Of a stretch of 64,000 nt of DNA, positions 28,930-40,496 are shown one piece after another. Position 1 is the first letter of the stretch. Every line of letters starts with the position of its first letter. The notes beneath the pieces are model-generated. The model was not told the DNA's origin. It searched no databases and saw only the letters and a list, made by a program, of their open reading frames with translations. Source of the stretch: Diplonema japonicum (lineage: Eukaryota; Protista; Euglenozoa: Diplonemea); assembly GCA_964019335.1 (NCBI GenBank), contig OZ025651.1:186001-250000 (forward strand). Direction: 5' to 3'. The position numbers and the translations under genes were made by a program.

Positions 28930-29401
28930 CTGCGTGTCGTCCTTCTCCTTCATTGGTTTCTCGTCTTGCCAAACAACGACAAAACACAAAATAAAATTCA
29001 CAATGATAGGAAACGAAGTAGTTAGGACGCAGCGGCCCACACTTCATAAAAGTTTCCTGTTTTGGAGTGTCCGCCTCGTGACGTATCTACATAAATACAT
29101 AGCCTGCACGTTATACCGATACCAATCGGGTATTTTAAGTAGTGGAAAATTGGCCTGGGCACGTGGTGTACGATGGCGAGATGGGGTCCAGAAACACGAT
29201 GACCCTCGGAGACCATGGACATGGGTTACTTAACAGCCAAAGCCCACCCCAATTTTGGCGAATTTTGGGTGTGTAGTTTTATGTTATTTTAATCGGTGAA
29301 AATTTGGAGAATGAGAAGACGCTGTTTCAAGAATGCGACAGGGAGGGATAAGAGACTAAGGGTGAGCTAGAGAGGTACTTGTGGGTGTTTGGAAGGCATG
29401 G

Positions 29402-30033
29402 CTACCCCCAGAAAGTATTTAGGATGGGACTCCAGACGAGCATGAGATGCATGGGGGAACAGCGCTTTGTTCGCTGCATCGTAAGCAGAAGGTAAAAGCC
29501 TGCTCTTACAACACGAGCAGTCCGCGGTGGCAGGAACGTCTGGAGACAAGGACTCTCACTAGTGCTGGTGCGGATATTCCAGAGAAAGCTAACGAATGCA
29601 CGAGGATTATTTTCCAGAAAAGTTGGTTTCTGCTCGAACTTCACGGACCCGAGGGGTGTTGATGAGCACACGCCTGCAGTCAGTGTCGTGATTTCTGTTG
29701 CGCCGCCTTCACATGTCTTTGAGTTTTTCCAGTACGAAAACATCAGAGCCTCCCCTCCTTTGTTGGGACACGCTACGGGATCAATCCTCAGCATCACCGA
29801 GTACGTTACACTGTCGTCGGTCATGCACGTGTCAATTGTGAACCCGCTCAGTGCACCTGGCGTCGCGAATGGTTTTATCGCCACCTTGTCCTTTGACGCG
29901 TAGCTCCATAGCTTCGAAGCAGGGAGAACAGCACCCGTGCACCCTGCATTTGTGTAGAACAGTGGACTCGTCAAGGGTCTTCCGCGGCAGTGGTCAGGGA
30001 CACACCCATGGCAAGGAGCAGGAACGACTTCAT
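29402..30033 (-). pseudogene. 3'-truncated second copy of variant A, fused to unrelated sequence at 29631
   Basis: Carries the same early frameshift. Identity to variant A stops after ..GSVKFE at 29632. Confidence 0.85.
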
Positions 30034-30723
30034 TTTTATTTTTATTTTTTCTTTTTTTGAGAAGATCAATCTGTTTTCAAATAGGGGATGATCGGGTGGT
30101 GGAGTGCTTAAGTAGCAGGTAAAAAAGAAGAAAAAAACATATATGAGGTAAGGACACTTTGTGAGACGCTCTTGTTGTTCACTTCCACTACCTGTCCCCC
30201 TTCAACATGAATGACCTGAGGAAGGAGAATAATAAATATTCTTCTTGGGTGGGAAACAAAAAAGACATGTCGTAAAAAGGGAGGAAAAACAATAAAAGAA
30301 AGCAGAAGAGAAGAAAAAAAAGAGAAAAGAAAACAGCTGGTAGCTGCAAAACAAGGAAATAGAGGGAAGAACCCAAAAAGGTACTGCAGTAACACTCCAA
30401 AGAAAAGGGGGAATGCGGAAGAAGGGGGAATCTTCGCTAGTATGGCACAATTGCCATCCCACACAGCCGTACCTAGGGAACCCACCACCACACCCACTAG
30501 AGAAGTAGGGGAAAAGATGTATAATAAAAATAAAAGGGGAAATGGGAGGTGGGGGAAATAAAATACCTTTTTACTACTTTCTTTTTTTTAAAAGGAGCAA
30601 TGGGCCGCTCTCACTAAAAAAAAAAGAAGAATAAAAAAGGCTTCGAATCATGATCTATTGTTTCAGGGTGGAACACCCATATTCTGTTCTTCTTTCCCTT
30701 TCATGGCTGTGTTATTGAATCTT

Positions 30724-31728
30724 CTAAAACAACAGCACGATAACAAAAAGTGATAAAAGCGAACAAATAGAGACAGGGTGTGTCGAGGGGGCAGAGTTCA
30801 CCTTCTCTCTGAACGCGCTCCACGAGAGGTAGCCGTCAACACTCTTATTGGCGTACAGTTCAACGTACTGACAGTGCATGTCAATTGTGAGGGGTGCCAC
30901 AAAGTCGGAGAGCGTAGACAGGGTCCTACCGTTCTCAGACGCCTGCGCACATGTCCCGTAGTGCTGCACGAGCCCGAGGGTCGCCATCCCATTATCTTCA
31001 GCAGTGCACTTTGCATCGCTGAAACCAAACCCGACTAATGCGGCATCCCATTTGCCATTCACGTTGTTGCAAGCTGTGAGGGACTCAACGTACTTCGGGG
31101 CAGGGGGGGAAGGAAGGGCTGCGCACGTCAAGGGGTTGATTGCTGGGCAGCACCCTGTGCACTCCGGTTGTGCCCCACACCCTTTGACACTCAATGAAGT
31201 GACCGTGCTGACGATCGGTGAGCTACCTGAGCACTTGTTCCCCGCCCAGACACGGGTACGGACACCGCCTTTCTGCATCGTTGCGATAAAGTTTGTTACC
31301 ACGCAGAGTTCGCTGCTGGTCAACGACGGCTCGAACTTCACGGACCCGAGGGGTGTTGATGAGCACACGCCTGCAGTCAGTGTCGTGGATTGTGCTGTGC
31401 CTTCACATGTCTTTGAGTTTTTCCAGTACGCAAGCAACAGAGACTCCTCTCCTTTGTTGGGACACGCTGCGTCATCAATCCTCAGCATCACCGAGTACGT
31501 TACACTGTCGTCGGTCATGCACGTGTCAATTGTGAACCCGCTCAGTGCACCTGGCGTCGCGAATGGTTTTATCGCCACCTTGTCCTTTGACGCGTAGCTC
31601 CATAGCTTCGAAGCAGGGAGAACAGCACCCGTGCACCCTGCATTTGTGTAGAACAGCGGACTCGTCAAAGGGTCTTCCGCAGCAGTGGTCAGGGACACAC
31701 CCATGGCAAGGAGCAGGAACGACTTCAT
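30724..31728 (-). CDS. Cys-rich secreted/GPI-anchored surface protein, variant B, second copy
   Basis: Translation identical to 27609-28613. Confidence 0.85.
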   Translation of the reverse strand: MKSFLLLAMGVSLTTAAEDPLTSPLFYTNAGCTGAVLPASKLWSYASKDKVAIKPFATPGALSGFTIDTCMTDDSVTYSVMLRIDDAACPNKGEESLLLAYWKNSKTCEGTAQSTTLTAGVCSSTPLGSVKFEPSLTSSELCVVTNFIATMQKGGVRTRVWAGNKCSGSSPIVSTVTSLSVKGCGAQPECTGCCPAINPLTCAALPSPPAPKYVESLTACNNVNGKWDAALVGFGFSDAKCTAEDNGMATLGLVQHYGTCAQASENGRTLSTLSDFVAPLTIDMHCQYVELYANKSVDGYLSWSAFREKVNSAPSTHPVSICSLLSLFVIVLLF

Positions 31729-32967
31729 TTTCTTTTTTATTTTTATTTTTGGAGGATCAAAGAAATCTGTTTTCAAATAGGGGATGATCGGAGGGGGGTG
31801 GTGGTGGTGTTTGCTTCTTTTTCTCTTCCATCGTTGGTTTCAATCGAAAAAGAAAAAAGAAATCTTGCTAGCCTTACTGACCTGTCGCATGGCACAGAGG
31901 GTCGATGCCACGGAAGGGAGAAAAAACTGCTGTTGTCTTACTTTCGCCATCCTTGGAATGATACAGAAATTTGAATCAAATCTTGCTAGCCTTACTGACC
32001 TGTCACATGGCACAAAGGGTCGATGCCACGGAAGGGAGAAAAAACTGCTGTTGCCCACGCTAACCAACCAATGCCGTGTCCCCGTACGTCTTCCTCAATC
32101 TCCGGGATGATAATTAAAATTATTGCAGCCTTACTGACCTGTCAAATGGCACAGAGGGTCGATGCCAACGGGAAGGGAGAAAGAACTGCGTCGGTCTTCG
32201 CCTTCATGTGTTTCTCGTCTTGCCAAACAACGACAAAACTCAAAATAAAATTCACAATGATGGGAAACGAAGTAGTTAGGACGCAGCGGCCCACACTTCA
32301 TAAAAGAGTTTCCTGCTTTCTTGGAGTGTCCGCCTCGTGACGTATCTACATAAGTAAATAAAAAATTATACACTAAGGGGCGTAGGGGGAGAGAGCTGAG
32401 GAACAAAAGAGTCTCCTGCTTTCAGGGCTGCGGATCCGCACGCTGAAAGAAGACTGAAGGATAGGCCCTTTGTCAAGAAAAAGGGGGTGCTTGAAAACAA
32501 GATATAAGAGGAACAGAGAGGAAGATTCAAAAACCGATCACACAGCCACTCCTGTACCCGCCACGCAGAAATAAACTGTTGGTCTACTTCAGTACATAAG
32601 AGTTTCCTTTACTATGTAGTGGGAACTGGTTTTGTTCTATTTTTTTAAAATTATTGTACTTCTTCTTTTTTTTTGTTATCATGAGGCTAATCAGTAACCC
32701 CCCTTTTTCTTTTAAAAAGAAAAAAGGAAAAACTGTGCACTTCTTTGTGCCCAGGTTTTCAAACAGAGGGGAAAAAAAAGTCAAACAACTTACCAGAAAG
32801 CTCTTTCAGACCATTTTAAAAGTAAGCAAGGAGGGATCTTCATCGCCCTTGCGCAAAGAAAAAAGAAAATGGGGCGGGAGCAAGGAGTATATTACCAAGG
32901 GTAAATAATTTATTCTTTTCATTTTTTTTCTTTTTTTTTTTTTTTTCCAGCTTTTTATTTTGCATGG

Positions 32968-35442
32968 TTAGTAAGGCCCTTTCTTTTCATCAGGCTGTTC
33001 CACGTCAGGGGTAGGGGCTTCCGCTTCCTTCCCTTTTGTAGCAGGAGACCTACACAAAAAGTAAGCAAAGAGACCGATGACCACGACCACGAAAACGATC
33101 ACAATAGGAATCACATAGTAAAGGTAGTCCTTGCTGTCGTCATCACTGTCGTTGTGGCATTCAAGCATGTGGTCCGCTTCAGAGAAGCGGAGAACGTGGC
33201 TGCTCTCGCACTTAACTGCAACGCATATTCCGTTCAGCTTAGTTGCAACCAGCGTGCCTTGCAGGCTGCAATCAGGGCTGGTAGAGATATCTTCGTTTGT
33301 TCCCTCAAACCTCGTGCCCAGGACGGCTGATAGGTCACCAGCGTCGGCAAGCATCTTCTCAATTTGTGTTTTGAAGTTGTCTATCTTACCTTGAACCGGC
33401 CCCACCACCTCAAGTACTTGACCGTTGCATGCCATCGATGGCCACACCTTCGCTGGTACTACCTCAGTCCACTTCTTCCCAAACTTCTCGACAAGCGTCA
33501 TATTTACGATAAATGTGGCGCACTCCGCGTCAGGGAACACACCCTTCACGATGAACACCTTCTCTGGTACCGTCGGTACAGGGGTGTCCACCACACCCGG
33601 TGCTGGCGTGGGAGAGATTGTTGTAGGGGACGATGTCAAGTTCGTATTCTTCTGAAGCAGGTACAACCCCAAGTCAGCCATGAGAATGATGTCTCCAGAG
33701 ATCGCCAAGCCACGCGCGTTTCCTGGTGTTTTGAACCCCCCGACAAGCTTCGGTGCGGTTGGCTCGCCGACGTCAACGATTTCCAATCCTGTGCTGGAGG
33801 TGGCGATGTAGGCGATGTTGTCGTTCACCTCCAAGTCCCACATGGAAAACCTGTTGAGACCACCTACCTTCGCAGGCTCCGAGTATGTCTTCACATCCAC
33901 GACCGAGAGGCCGTCGTTCCCAACAAGGTAGGCATAGTCCCCTACCACCTGCACCCTTTGAGATCTGCCAGGGTCGGTTGCGGTCCCAAGCATCTTCGGT
34001 GCAGACGGGGTGCTCACGTCAACGATTTGCAAGCCGTTTCGGCTATCGGCGAAGAAGGCGGCGTTCCCCACAACATGCACACCCTTCAGGTCATTAACAT
34101 CAGCAACCCTGAACGAAGCAACGATGCGCATCTCTGCAGGATTGCTCACGTCCACTACAGTCATGCCGAACCCACCACTCGCAAGGTAGGCGTACTGCCC
34201 CGCAACGTCGATTCCGTGTGCTTTTGCTCCAAGAACTTTCAGGAGCTTTACATCGGTCGGCGTGCTGATATCTAAAGCGTGCACATTCCTGTCAGCTCCC
34301 ACATAGAGGACAGTCCCCACCACCTGCGCACAATACACCCCACCAGTGGTAGAGGTGATGGTGTAGTTTGCCACCTGTGCGGGCTTCCCGGGGTTGCTGA
34401 TATCAAAAACAAGTACCCCCACTTCTCGGTCGAGCAAGTAGGCGTAGTTTCCTGATGTCACCACTTCCATGGCCCGGTTGGGTGGGTCGTAGATGCTGGT
34501 GACCACGGGGGTGTTCGCGTTGCTCACGTCGACCACCTGCAGTCTGCTGTAGTGCGTAAGGTACACGGTGCTGCCAACCACCTGCAGCGACATAACGGAG
34601 GCGATCAAACTGCCGGACAGTGTAGGTGCACTGGGTGTTGCCACGTCGATGACGAGCAGCCGGCCATCGGTGTTTCCTGTTGCGAGATAAACCGTACTGC
34701 CCGAGACCTGCACGTCGGTAGGTATGCCAGACACGACCAACCGCCCTGCAACGGAAGACGTTGCTACGTTGCTGACATCGTAGACCTTGATCTCCTTGTA
34801 CCCGCCGACGTATGCGTAGTTCCCGCGCACTGCGACACAGTACGCAAAAGCGTCAGTAGTTCCGCTGCGGCCCGTCGAGGTGTACTTGAGAAGCGGGGTA
34901 GCAGGGTTGCTGAAGTCGACGATAAGCAAAACGGTACTTTGAGCAATATAAGCGGTGGTCCCAACCACGTCGAGCTTCTTCGGGACCCCTGGGGTGTCGT
35001 ATGTGCCGATGATGGCGGGGGCTGAAGTGTCTGCAATGTCAACCACGACGATGGGGAGGCTTTGCCAGGTGCTTATGACGTACGCAACGTTGTCGGATAT
35101 GCGGACAGCGGTGCCGGTGACTTGCGACTCGTTTCCTATAAGCACCGGGTTTTCAGGGTTGCTCACATCAAGCACGAGGAGCCCTTGCAGCTGATCAAGA
35201 AGAACCAACGTGCTCCCCACGACATCCACTGCATATGCATTAGCTGATAGGTATCGCCCAAGTTCTTTTGGCTCACCGCTTCCTACATCCAACACCATCA
35301 GCCCTGTCGCACCTGTTGCCATGTACACAACATTCCCCACTGTCTTCGAATCGCGCACTGTCTGAACGGTCTCAGACCTCCCAAGGAAGCTGGGATTCGT
35401 GAGTGCACTTGCTGCCGTGTAAAGGCACAGCAAGGTTGTCAT
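32968..35442 (-). CDS. LVIVD-repeat (beta-propeller) type-I membrane protein
   Basis: More than 12 repeats of V.V.G..AY......GL.(I/V)VDVS.P..P...G; N-terminal hydrophobic leader; TM YVIPIVIVFVVVVIGLFAYFL; 824-aa ORF with no evident intron. Confidence 0.88.
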   Translation of the reverse strand: MTTLLCLYTAASALTNPSFLGRSETVQTVRDSKTVGNVVYMATGATGLMVLDVGSGEPKELGRYLSANAYAVDVVGSTLVLLDQLQGLLVLDVSNPENPVLIGNESQVTGTAVRISDNVAYVISTWQSLPIVVVDIADTSAPAIIGTYDTPGVPKKLDVVGTTAYIAQSTVLLIVDFSNPATPLLKYTSTGRSGTTDAFAYCVAVRGNYAYVGGYKEIKVYDVSNVATSSVAGRLVVSGIPTDVQVSGSTVYLATGNTDGRLLVIDVATPSAPTLSGSLIASVMSLQVVGSTVYLTHYSRLQVVDVSNANTPVVTSIYDPPNRAMEVVTSGNYAYLLDREVGVLVFDISNPGKPAQVANYTITSTTGGVYCAQVVGTVLYVGADRNVHALDISTPTDVKLLKVLGAKAHGIDVAGQYAYLASGGFGMTVVDVSNPAEMRIVASFRVADVNDLKGVHVVGNAAFFADSRNGLQIVDVSTPSAPKMLGTATDPGRSQRVQVVGDYAYLVGNDGLSVVDVKTYSEPAKVGGLNRFSMWDLEVNDNIAYIATSSTGLEIVDVGEPTAPKLVGGFKTPGNARGLAISGDIILMADLGLYLLQKNTNLTSSPTTISPTPAPGVVDTPVPTVPEKVFIVKGVFPDAECATFIVNMTLVEKFGKKWTEVVPAKVWPSMACNGQVLEVVGPVQGKIDNFKTQIEKMLADAGDLSAVLGTRFEGTNEDISTSPDCSLQGTLVATKLNGICVAVKCESSHVLRFSEADHMLECHNDSDDDSKDYLYYVIPIVIVFVVVVIGLFAYFLCRSPATKGKEAEAPTPDVEQPDEKKGPY

Positions 35443-36099
35443 GATTTCTTCTTTAAAAAAGGAACAAAAAAGAAGGGGGGGAAACCTGAGGGGGGAAATG
35501 GGAAGAATTTCCTGATCAGTGCTGACTTACTGACCTGTCGCATGGCACGGAGGGTCGATGCCACGGAAGGGAGAAAAAAATGCGATTCCCTTACAACACC
35601 TATATAAGAAGATCGGAGAGATGCTGGAGAGAGGCTGGAGCGAGGAGTACATGCGCGTCATCGGCATGGTGCTGGCGCTGATGGAGGGAAGGCAACCGGA
35701 GGGACAGAAGCAAGTAACGCTGGGACAGAGCCACAAAAAAAAAAGAGAAAAAAAAGCTCACAATAGCCATGGCCTAAAAGGAATGAATAGAACAAAAAAA
35801 AAAAAAAAACAAGACGAAGAAAACAAAGAAAGGGGTTGAGGTGTACAGAACTCAAAACGATTTCTTTTTTTCCCCCCCTCTTCTTTTCCTTGTTTCTCCT
35901 ACCCCCAATCTCGCCCCATCCTCTTTTTCATGAAAAGGAAAAAGCCCCATTGCTCTATATGTGTCCACCAACGAGGCGCTCCATCGGAGGGACATGTTAG
36001 TGTGGCTGTTGCACTGTAAGTGGCCAACGGAACCTCCTGGGGCTGAAAGAAGTGAAAAAGGTAACGTAACTCGTAACTGTTGAGAGAAACAAACAACAT

Positions 36100-39000
36100 C
36101 TATTCTTCGTCCTGTGAGGTGACATTTACGGGGGGAAGAAGGGGGAAGGGGGGAGGGAGGGAGGGAGGGGATTACTTACCTTGCCTCCCATCCTCTTTAC
36201 CGCCTTGCTGAAGCCGTGAAACTTCTTGGCGATTCCACCCTTCACATTTTTTACGTTCTTGACGATGTCGCCACCTGAGGTGCTGACTGCATTTCTCACT
36301 TGCAGCAAGGCGGTCCTGGTGGCGTGTGTCAAGTAAGAGGGCAGAGGGCATACTTAGCCTTATGTTTCGTGGTGCCGTTCTTGAGGAAGAACAATTTAAG
36401 CTCGGTTTGACGTCTGAGGCATTCTCCGCTTGACGCGAGAAACCTGAGTTATTATTATAAAAGAAACAAAAATAAAGGAAACCTGTGATTAGGATCTGCA
36501 AGTGCAGCCTCTTTCGCCGCTTGTTCTGAACTGTACTGCGCAAGGATAACAGGCCGCTGCGGTGCATTGGTAAGCGGTGCCCCTGAGTGGTGGGTGTTCA
36601 CGAGCAGCTTCTCAAGCGTGCCGTAGTTGGCGAACTCCTTCCTCACAACAGGCGGGTCGGACACGTCGTAGGGCTGCATCACGATCACCGTTCTGGAGGC
36701 CACCTCGGGCTTCGCCCAGTGGTGCTTGGCGTGGCACATCTCATCCCTCCCGAGGAAGATGCCGATGCTTCGCGTGCGCTTTTTGTCAGTGAACTGGTTC
36801 TGGTACCGACGCGACAGTGCTATCGATATGTTGTTCTTCTGCTGCTTCTGCATCATCTCGCCAGCATACGTCCGCAGCATCCCGCTGTGCATCGCAGACG
36901 AGTTGCAGTACACCGTCGCACAGACATCTCCGTTGTCCAGCAACAGTGACGCCAACGTCGACAGGATAGACTTGGGCACCTCTAGCACCGCTGTGTCGTG
37001 GTCGAGCCCTAAGAGCGGCCACTCTTCCCCTGACATCGCCAGATTGTCGGGAACAGCCCCGCCTGCAAGAGGCGCAGCAGTCGCAAGCACTCTGAACTGC
37101 TCGCTCAGAACGTGCAGGCACAGGTTGAAGCAGACGATGTTGGTTCTATCCAATGAGTCGGCACAGTTCACACGGAACACTCCACGCTGGGTTTGGTCAT
37201 GCCGCATTTTGACAGCCTCACCCTCTCTATAGAGCAGACCACTGCTCACTCCAAAGTCCTTTAGGTATGGCCCTGTAAGCTGCCACAGACCCTCAATTGT
37301 TTTTTTATCTCCCTGCTTTTTGACAAGGCCGTGCCAGTTGTAGTATTTCAGTGTAGTGGAGTGGTGCTTGGGGTCATCCCCAGGCATATTAGGAGGCTGC
37401 GGGCCGTGGGCTGCGTCTCGCTCCCTCTCTAGCAACCTGTCCAAGGAATGCAAAGACATTTCAAACCAGCGTCCGAGCAAGGGCTCACCCTTGAAGACGG
37501 TGGTGCCAACACGCCATTTGTGCAGCCTAGCGTTGGACTCTTCCATGGGCCTGCTGCTGGGGCTCTTTGGACACTCTGCAGTGGTGAAGTCTTCCTCGGA
37601 GCCGCTGTCGCTGCATACATCACTGCTTGTCTCATCACTGTCGTCTTCACGCGCCAGCATCGCAACTTCCGCCTCGCCTGTGTAGCCTTGCTCGATCCCT
37701 AGCTCCCTGTCCTCTTCAGCAATGTCGGCTTTGTACTTGTTAGGGTTGCTGCTGTCCTCTGGCGTGACCGTGTAGCCTACAGGGAACCACCCCGTACCCA
37801 CTTGTATGTCACAGCGTTCCATCACCCATCCGCTGCCATCAGCCAGGCACAGCCACCCGCCGTAAGCCTCCTTCACAAGGATAAGATCGCCCGCATGGTA
37901 GTTCTTGACTTTAGGCGCGTGCCTCGATGGCCGTTTCCTGCATGCCCACTGCCCGTCCCTCAACGTGTCATAAGGTGCTAAGACGTACATTTGCGGCCTG
38001 CTTGGAGTGGGCCACGAGGTCTGGCTTGAGAACAAGTGCGACGCCCAGAACTCATTCTCGGTCTCAGCAATGACGGCACGCTCCAACGCTTCCTGCATTT
38101 GGACGGCACCACACGGCGCTGAGGAGAGGGACATAATGTCTTCGGTAGTGAACTTGTTCTGACAGGACTTAGATTCTGTTTTGAAGTAGGTACCGTCAAT
38201 AAGGGGCACATCAAGCGGACCGAAACTGGGCATCCTCGGAGACGGCGGTGACTCCCCTTCGGGAGATCTGCAGGACTTGGGCTCCGGCTCTTGCGTGGAC
38301 CCAGTACCGTTGACGATGGTGTTCCTCAGCAAGTTGAGGATCACGAATTTGGACGTGTTGTACCTGCTCCAGACTCGTTTCCAATAATCAGCGACGCCGC
38401 GGAAGGGATGCTTGTCGATGGACAGGGAGGCGGATACATCGGTGCTTTTTTGCAGTTTCTGCGACCACAGCAACGGGACGGTCCCCCTGCTCAAGACGTA
38501 AGATGTAAACGAGAAAGGGTAGTCGGACAGAGGCTGCGATTTGTCGGACCCTTTGGGTTTGGTGTACTTCAAGCCAAAGGGACGGGCTCCCATGCCGTCC
38601 TCGTCCTTCAGGTGGTGGTACACGATTTGCTCGCATTCGTATTCGTTCCCAACACCAGGAAGCATGGAGTGCAACCCACGTGCTTGGTATCTGCTGCCAG
38701 GGTTTAAGTTACGCATTCTTGTTACCAGCGTGACGGTGATCTCTGAACCGTTTGAGGTAGTCGACAGCACAGAGCTTTGGCACATCCCACGAAGCAAGAC
38801 GATAATGCTGTCCATAAGGCCTATTCTTTTGAAGGGCTCTGCGAGGAACTCGTTCCACACGTATTCCCTCTCAGATGCTTCCCACATAGAGGTGATTTTG
38901 GGGATATCTCTGGACACACCTGTCTCATGGTCGCAGGGCAGTCCGGTGAAGTGCCTCGTCAGGTCGTGGGTGGTGCACCAAAAATGTGTCCCGTCAAGAA

Positions 39001-39436
39001 TCACCTCGGATAGAATGTGTGCTGTAACCGTGTTGCGGTAGTTTTGCGATTCTGTGACGGACTCCTTTTGGGCTGCTGCCGTGTACGTCTCCGGCTGATC
39101 TGATAGATAGTTGATGCCCTTTTCAAAAGGGGTGGAAATGTCCACGATAGGTATACTGATCCATTGGCTTGTTTCCACAGTGAACACATCATGAACTGGC
39201 CATCCGGGAAGCGCTCCGTTGGCGATGCCTTTTGTCACGATGAGCAGCATCCCTTCGTTCCCCACCACCATGTAGCCTACTATCGCCTGGAATGGTATCT
39301 CCGTTTTTATATCCTTCCGGTTCCTCGGCTCCCCCGCGTTGAGCTCCCCTGTATATTTATCTATGTACACATGCTTCCCGCGGGAAAAGCATATGCACCA
39401 AGCATCGTCGGCCCCCTGTACAATGCTTCCATTCAT
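36100..39436 (-). CDS. SAC-domain phosphoinositide phosphatase, SAC9-like; introns at 36444-36482, 36316-36353 and 36112-36179
   Basis: Motifs YVWNEFL, GSRYQARG, GNEYECEQ, RGTVPLLWSQ and catalytic RVNCADSLDRTN (CX5R). Three GT-AG introns extend the frame to ..GGKDEE*. Confidence 0.87.
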
Positions 39437-39592
39437 GTTTGGTACCTGTCTTTTGCTGAGCACTTTTCCGTGTCAAAAGAAGTAAAGAAGGGAGAAAAAA
39501 GTGTCACACTTTCCTTTTTTTTTAAACCATGGGCGGGGTAAGGGATGAGGGGGGTTTTCTTTCTTTCACGTGTTGAAACCAAATAGAGGAAA

Positions 39593-40496
39593 TCAATCAA
39601 GGTCGGGGTGCGACGGCAGAGAAGGAGCGGCAACTGGGGCGGGAGATGCAGCAGGAGCAGGAGTAGGAACAGTCGGGCTCACAGCCGCAGGCACAGACCC
39701 CACCATGGGGCCAGCATTGAAGTACATCGATTCAATCTATTTTTTTTTAAATCCCCTTTCCCCTTATTCCACATACCGCAGCAAGAGATTTGCCAAGTTT
39801 TGCATCCTTCGAGAGAAGCCCACTTTTATCGACGATGTGCTTGAAAAGGTCCAATGAGCCTTTGTGCACTGCAGTGTACAGGAAGGCACATATCACCATC
39901 AAAGGTGAAGCAGGCGCCTTTGCAACATACAGTGTGGCCTCAGCAGGGTTGCTCGACAGGAGGTAAAGAAGGAAGGTGCGAACATGGAAAAGGGGTGCTT
40001 CAGAAGGGTGCGGGGCACTCCATTTGCTGGCGGCCACCAACATGGTATCACAGGTACCACGGCCGCCTTGTGAGAGGTGGTACTGTGCTTGGGAGAGCAG
40101 GTCGGGGGTGGTTTCTTTTGAAAGAAGTGTTCCGAGGGTTTTGTGGAAGACCTGTAGCACTTGAAGGTCGTGGGACGGGCTTTGGTGGGACCTGGCCCAG
40201 GCGAGAATATCTTTCAGGAACACCACCTTTGTCGCGTCCCTCATGACCCGCAAGAGAACATCAGTGAACGGCAGGCCAAGCTTCTCCACAGCACACACAC
40301 CCAGCTCTGCTGCAAGCGTGTCCTGCTCCGCCGTGCTAAGCTTTTCAACCCCATCAGTGCAAATATCTGTCACCTTCTGCGCTGTACCCCTTGCCACCTG
40401 GCCCTTGTACAGCATCAATGCGTCGTAGTACTCACCTCTGGCCATGTGTTCGTCCGCACGTTCCATAAGCCTGCCCCTTTTGGCCGGCCGGTCCAT
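39593..40496 (-). CDS. GET4: GET4/TRC35-like (DUF410) protein; 40-nt intron at 39737-39776
   Basis: GEYYDALMLYK N-terminal motif, AQYHL and SEAPLFHVRTFLLYL. Splicing gives ..LAAIESMYFN...PDLD*. Confidence 0.72.

Larger units (their letters stand above)
26517..32048. repeat. Recent tandem segmental duplication with a 3115-bp offset (26517-28933 repeated at 29632-32048)
   Basis: Near-identical sequence and ORF translations at a constant +3115 offset; I noticed only one synonymous difference. Confidence 0.95.

Noticed and set aside
28750-28935. Repeat-spacer-repeat layout resembling a CRISPR array or a snoRNA cluster
   Set aside because: The context is eukaryotic with no cas genes, there are only 2-3 units, and the spacers are partly related. 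There is no convincing box C/D pair or H/ACA-like pocket.
35590-35730. Plus-strand coding-looking stretch (LYKKIGEMLERGWSEEYMRVIGMVLALMEG)
   Set aside because: Short, on the opposite strand to the gene cluster, with no clear start or recognisable family. It may be an element fragment but this cannot be supported.
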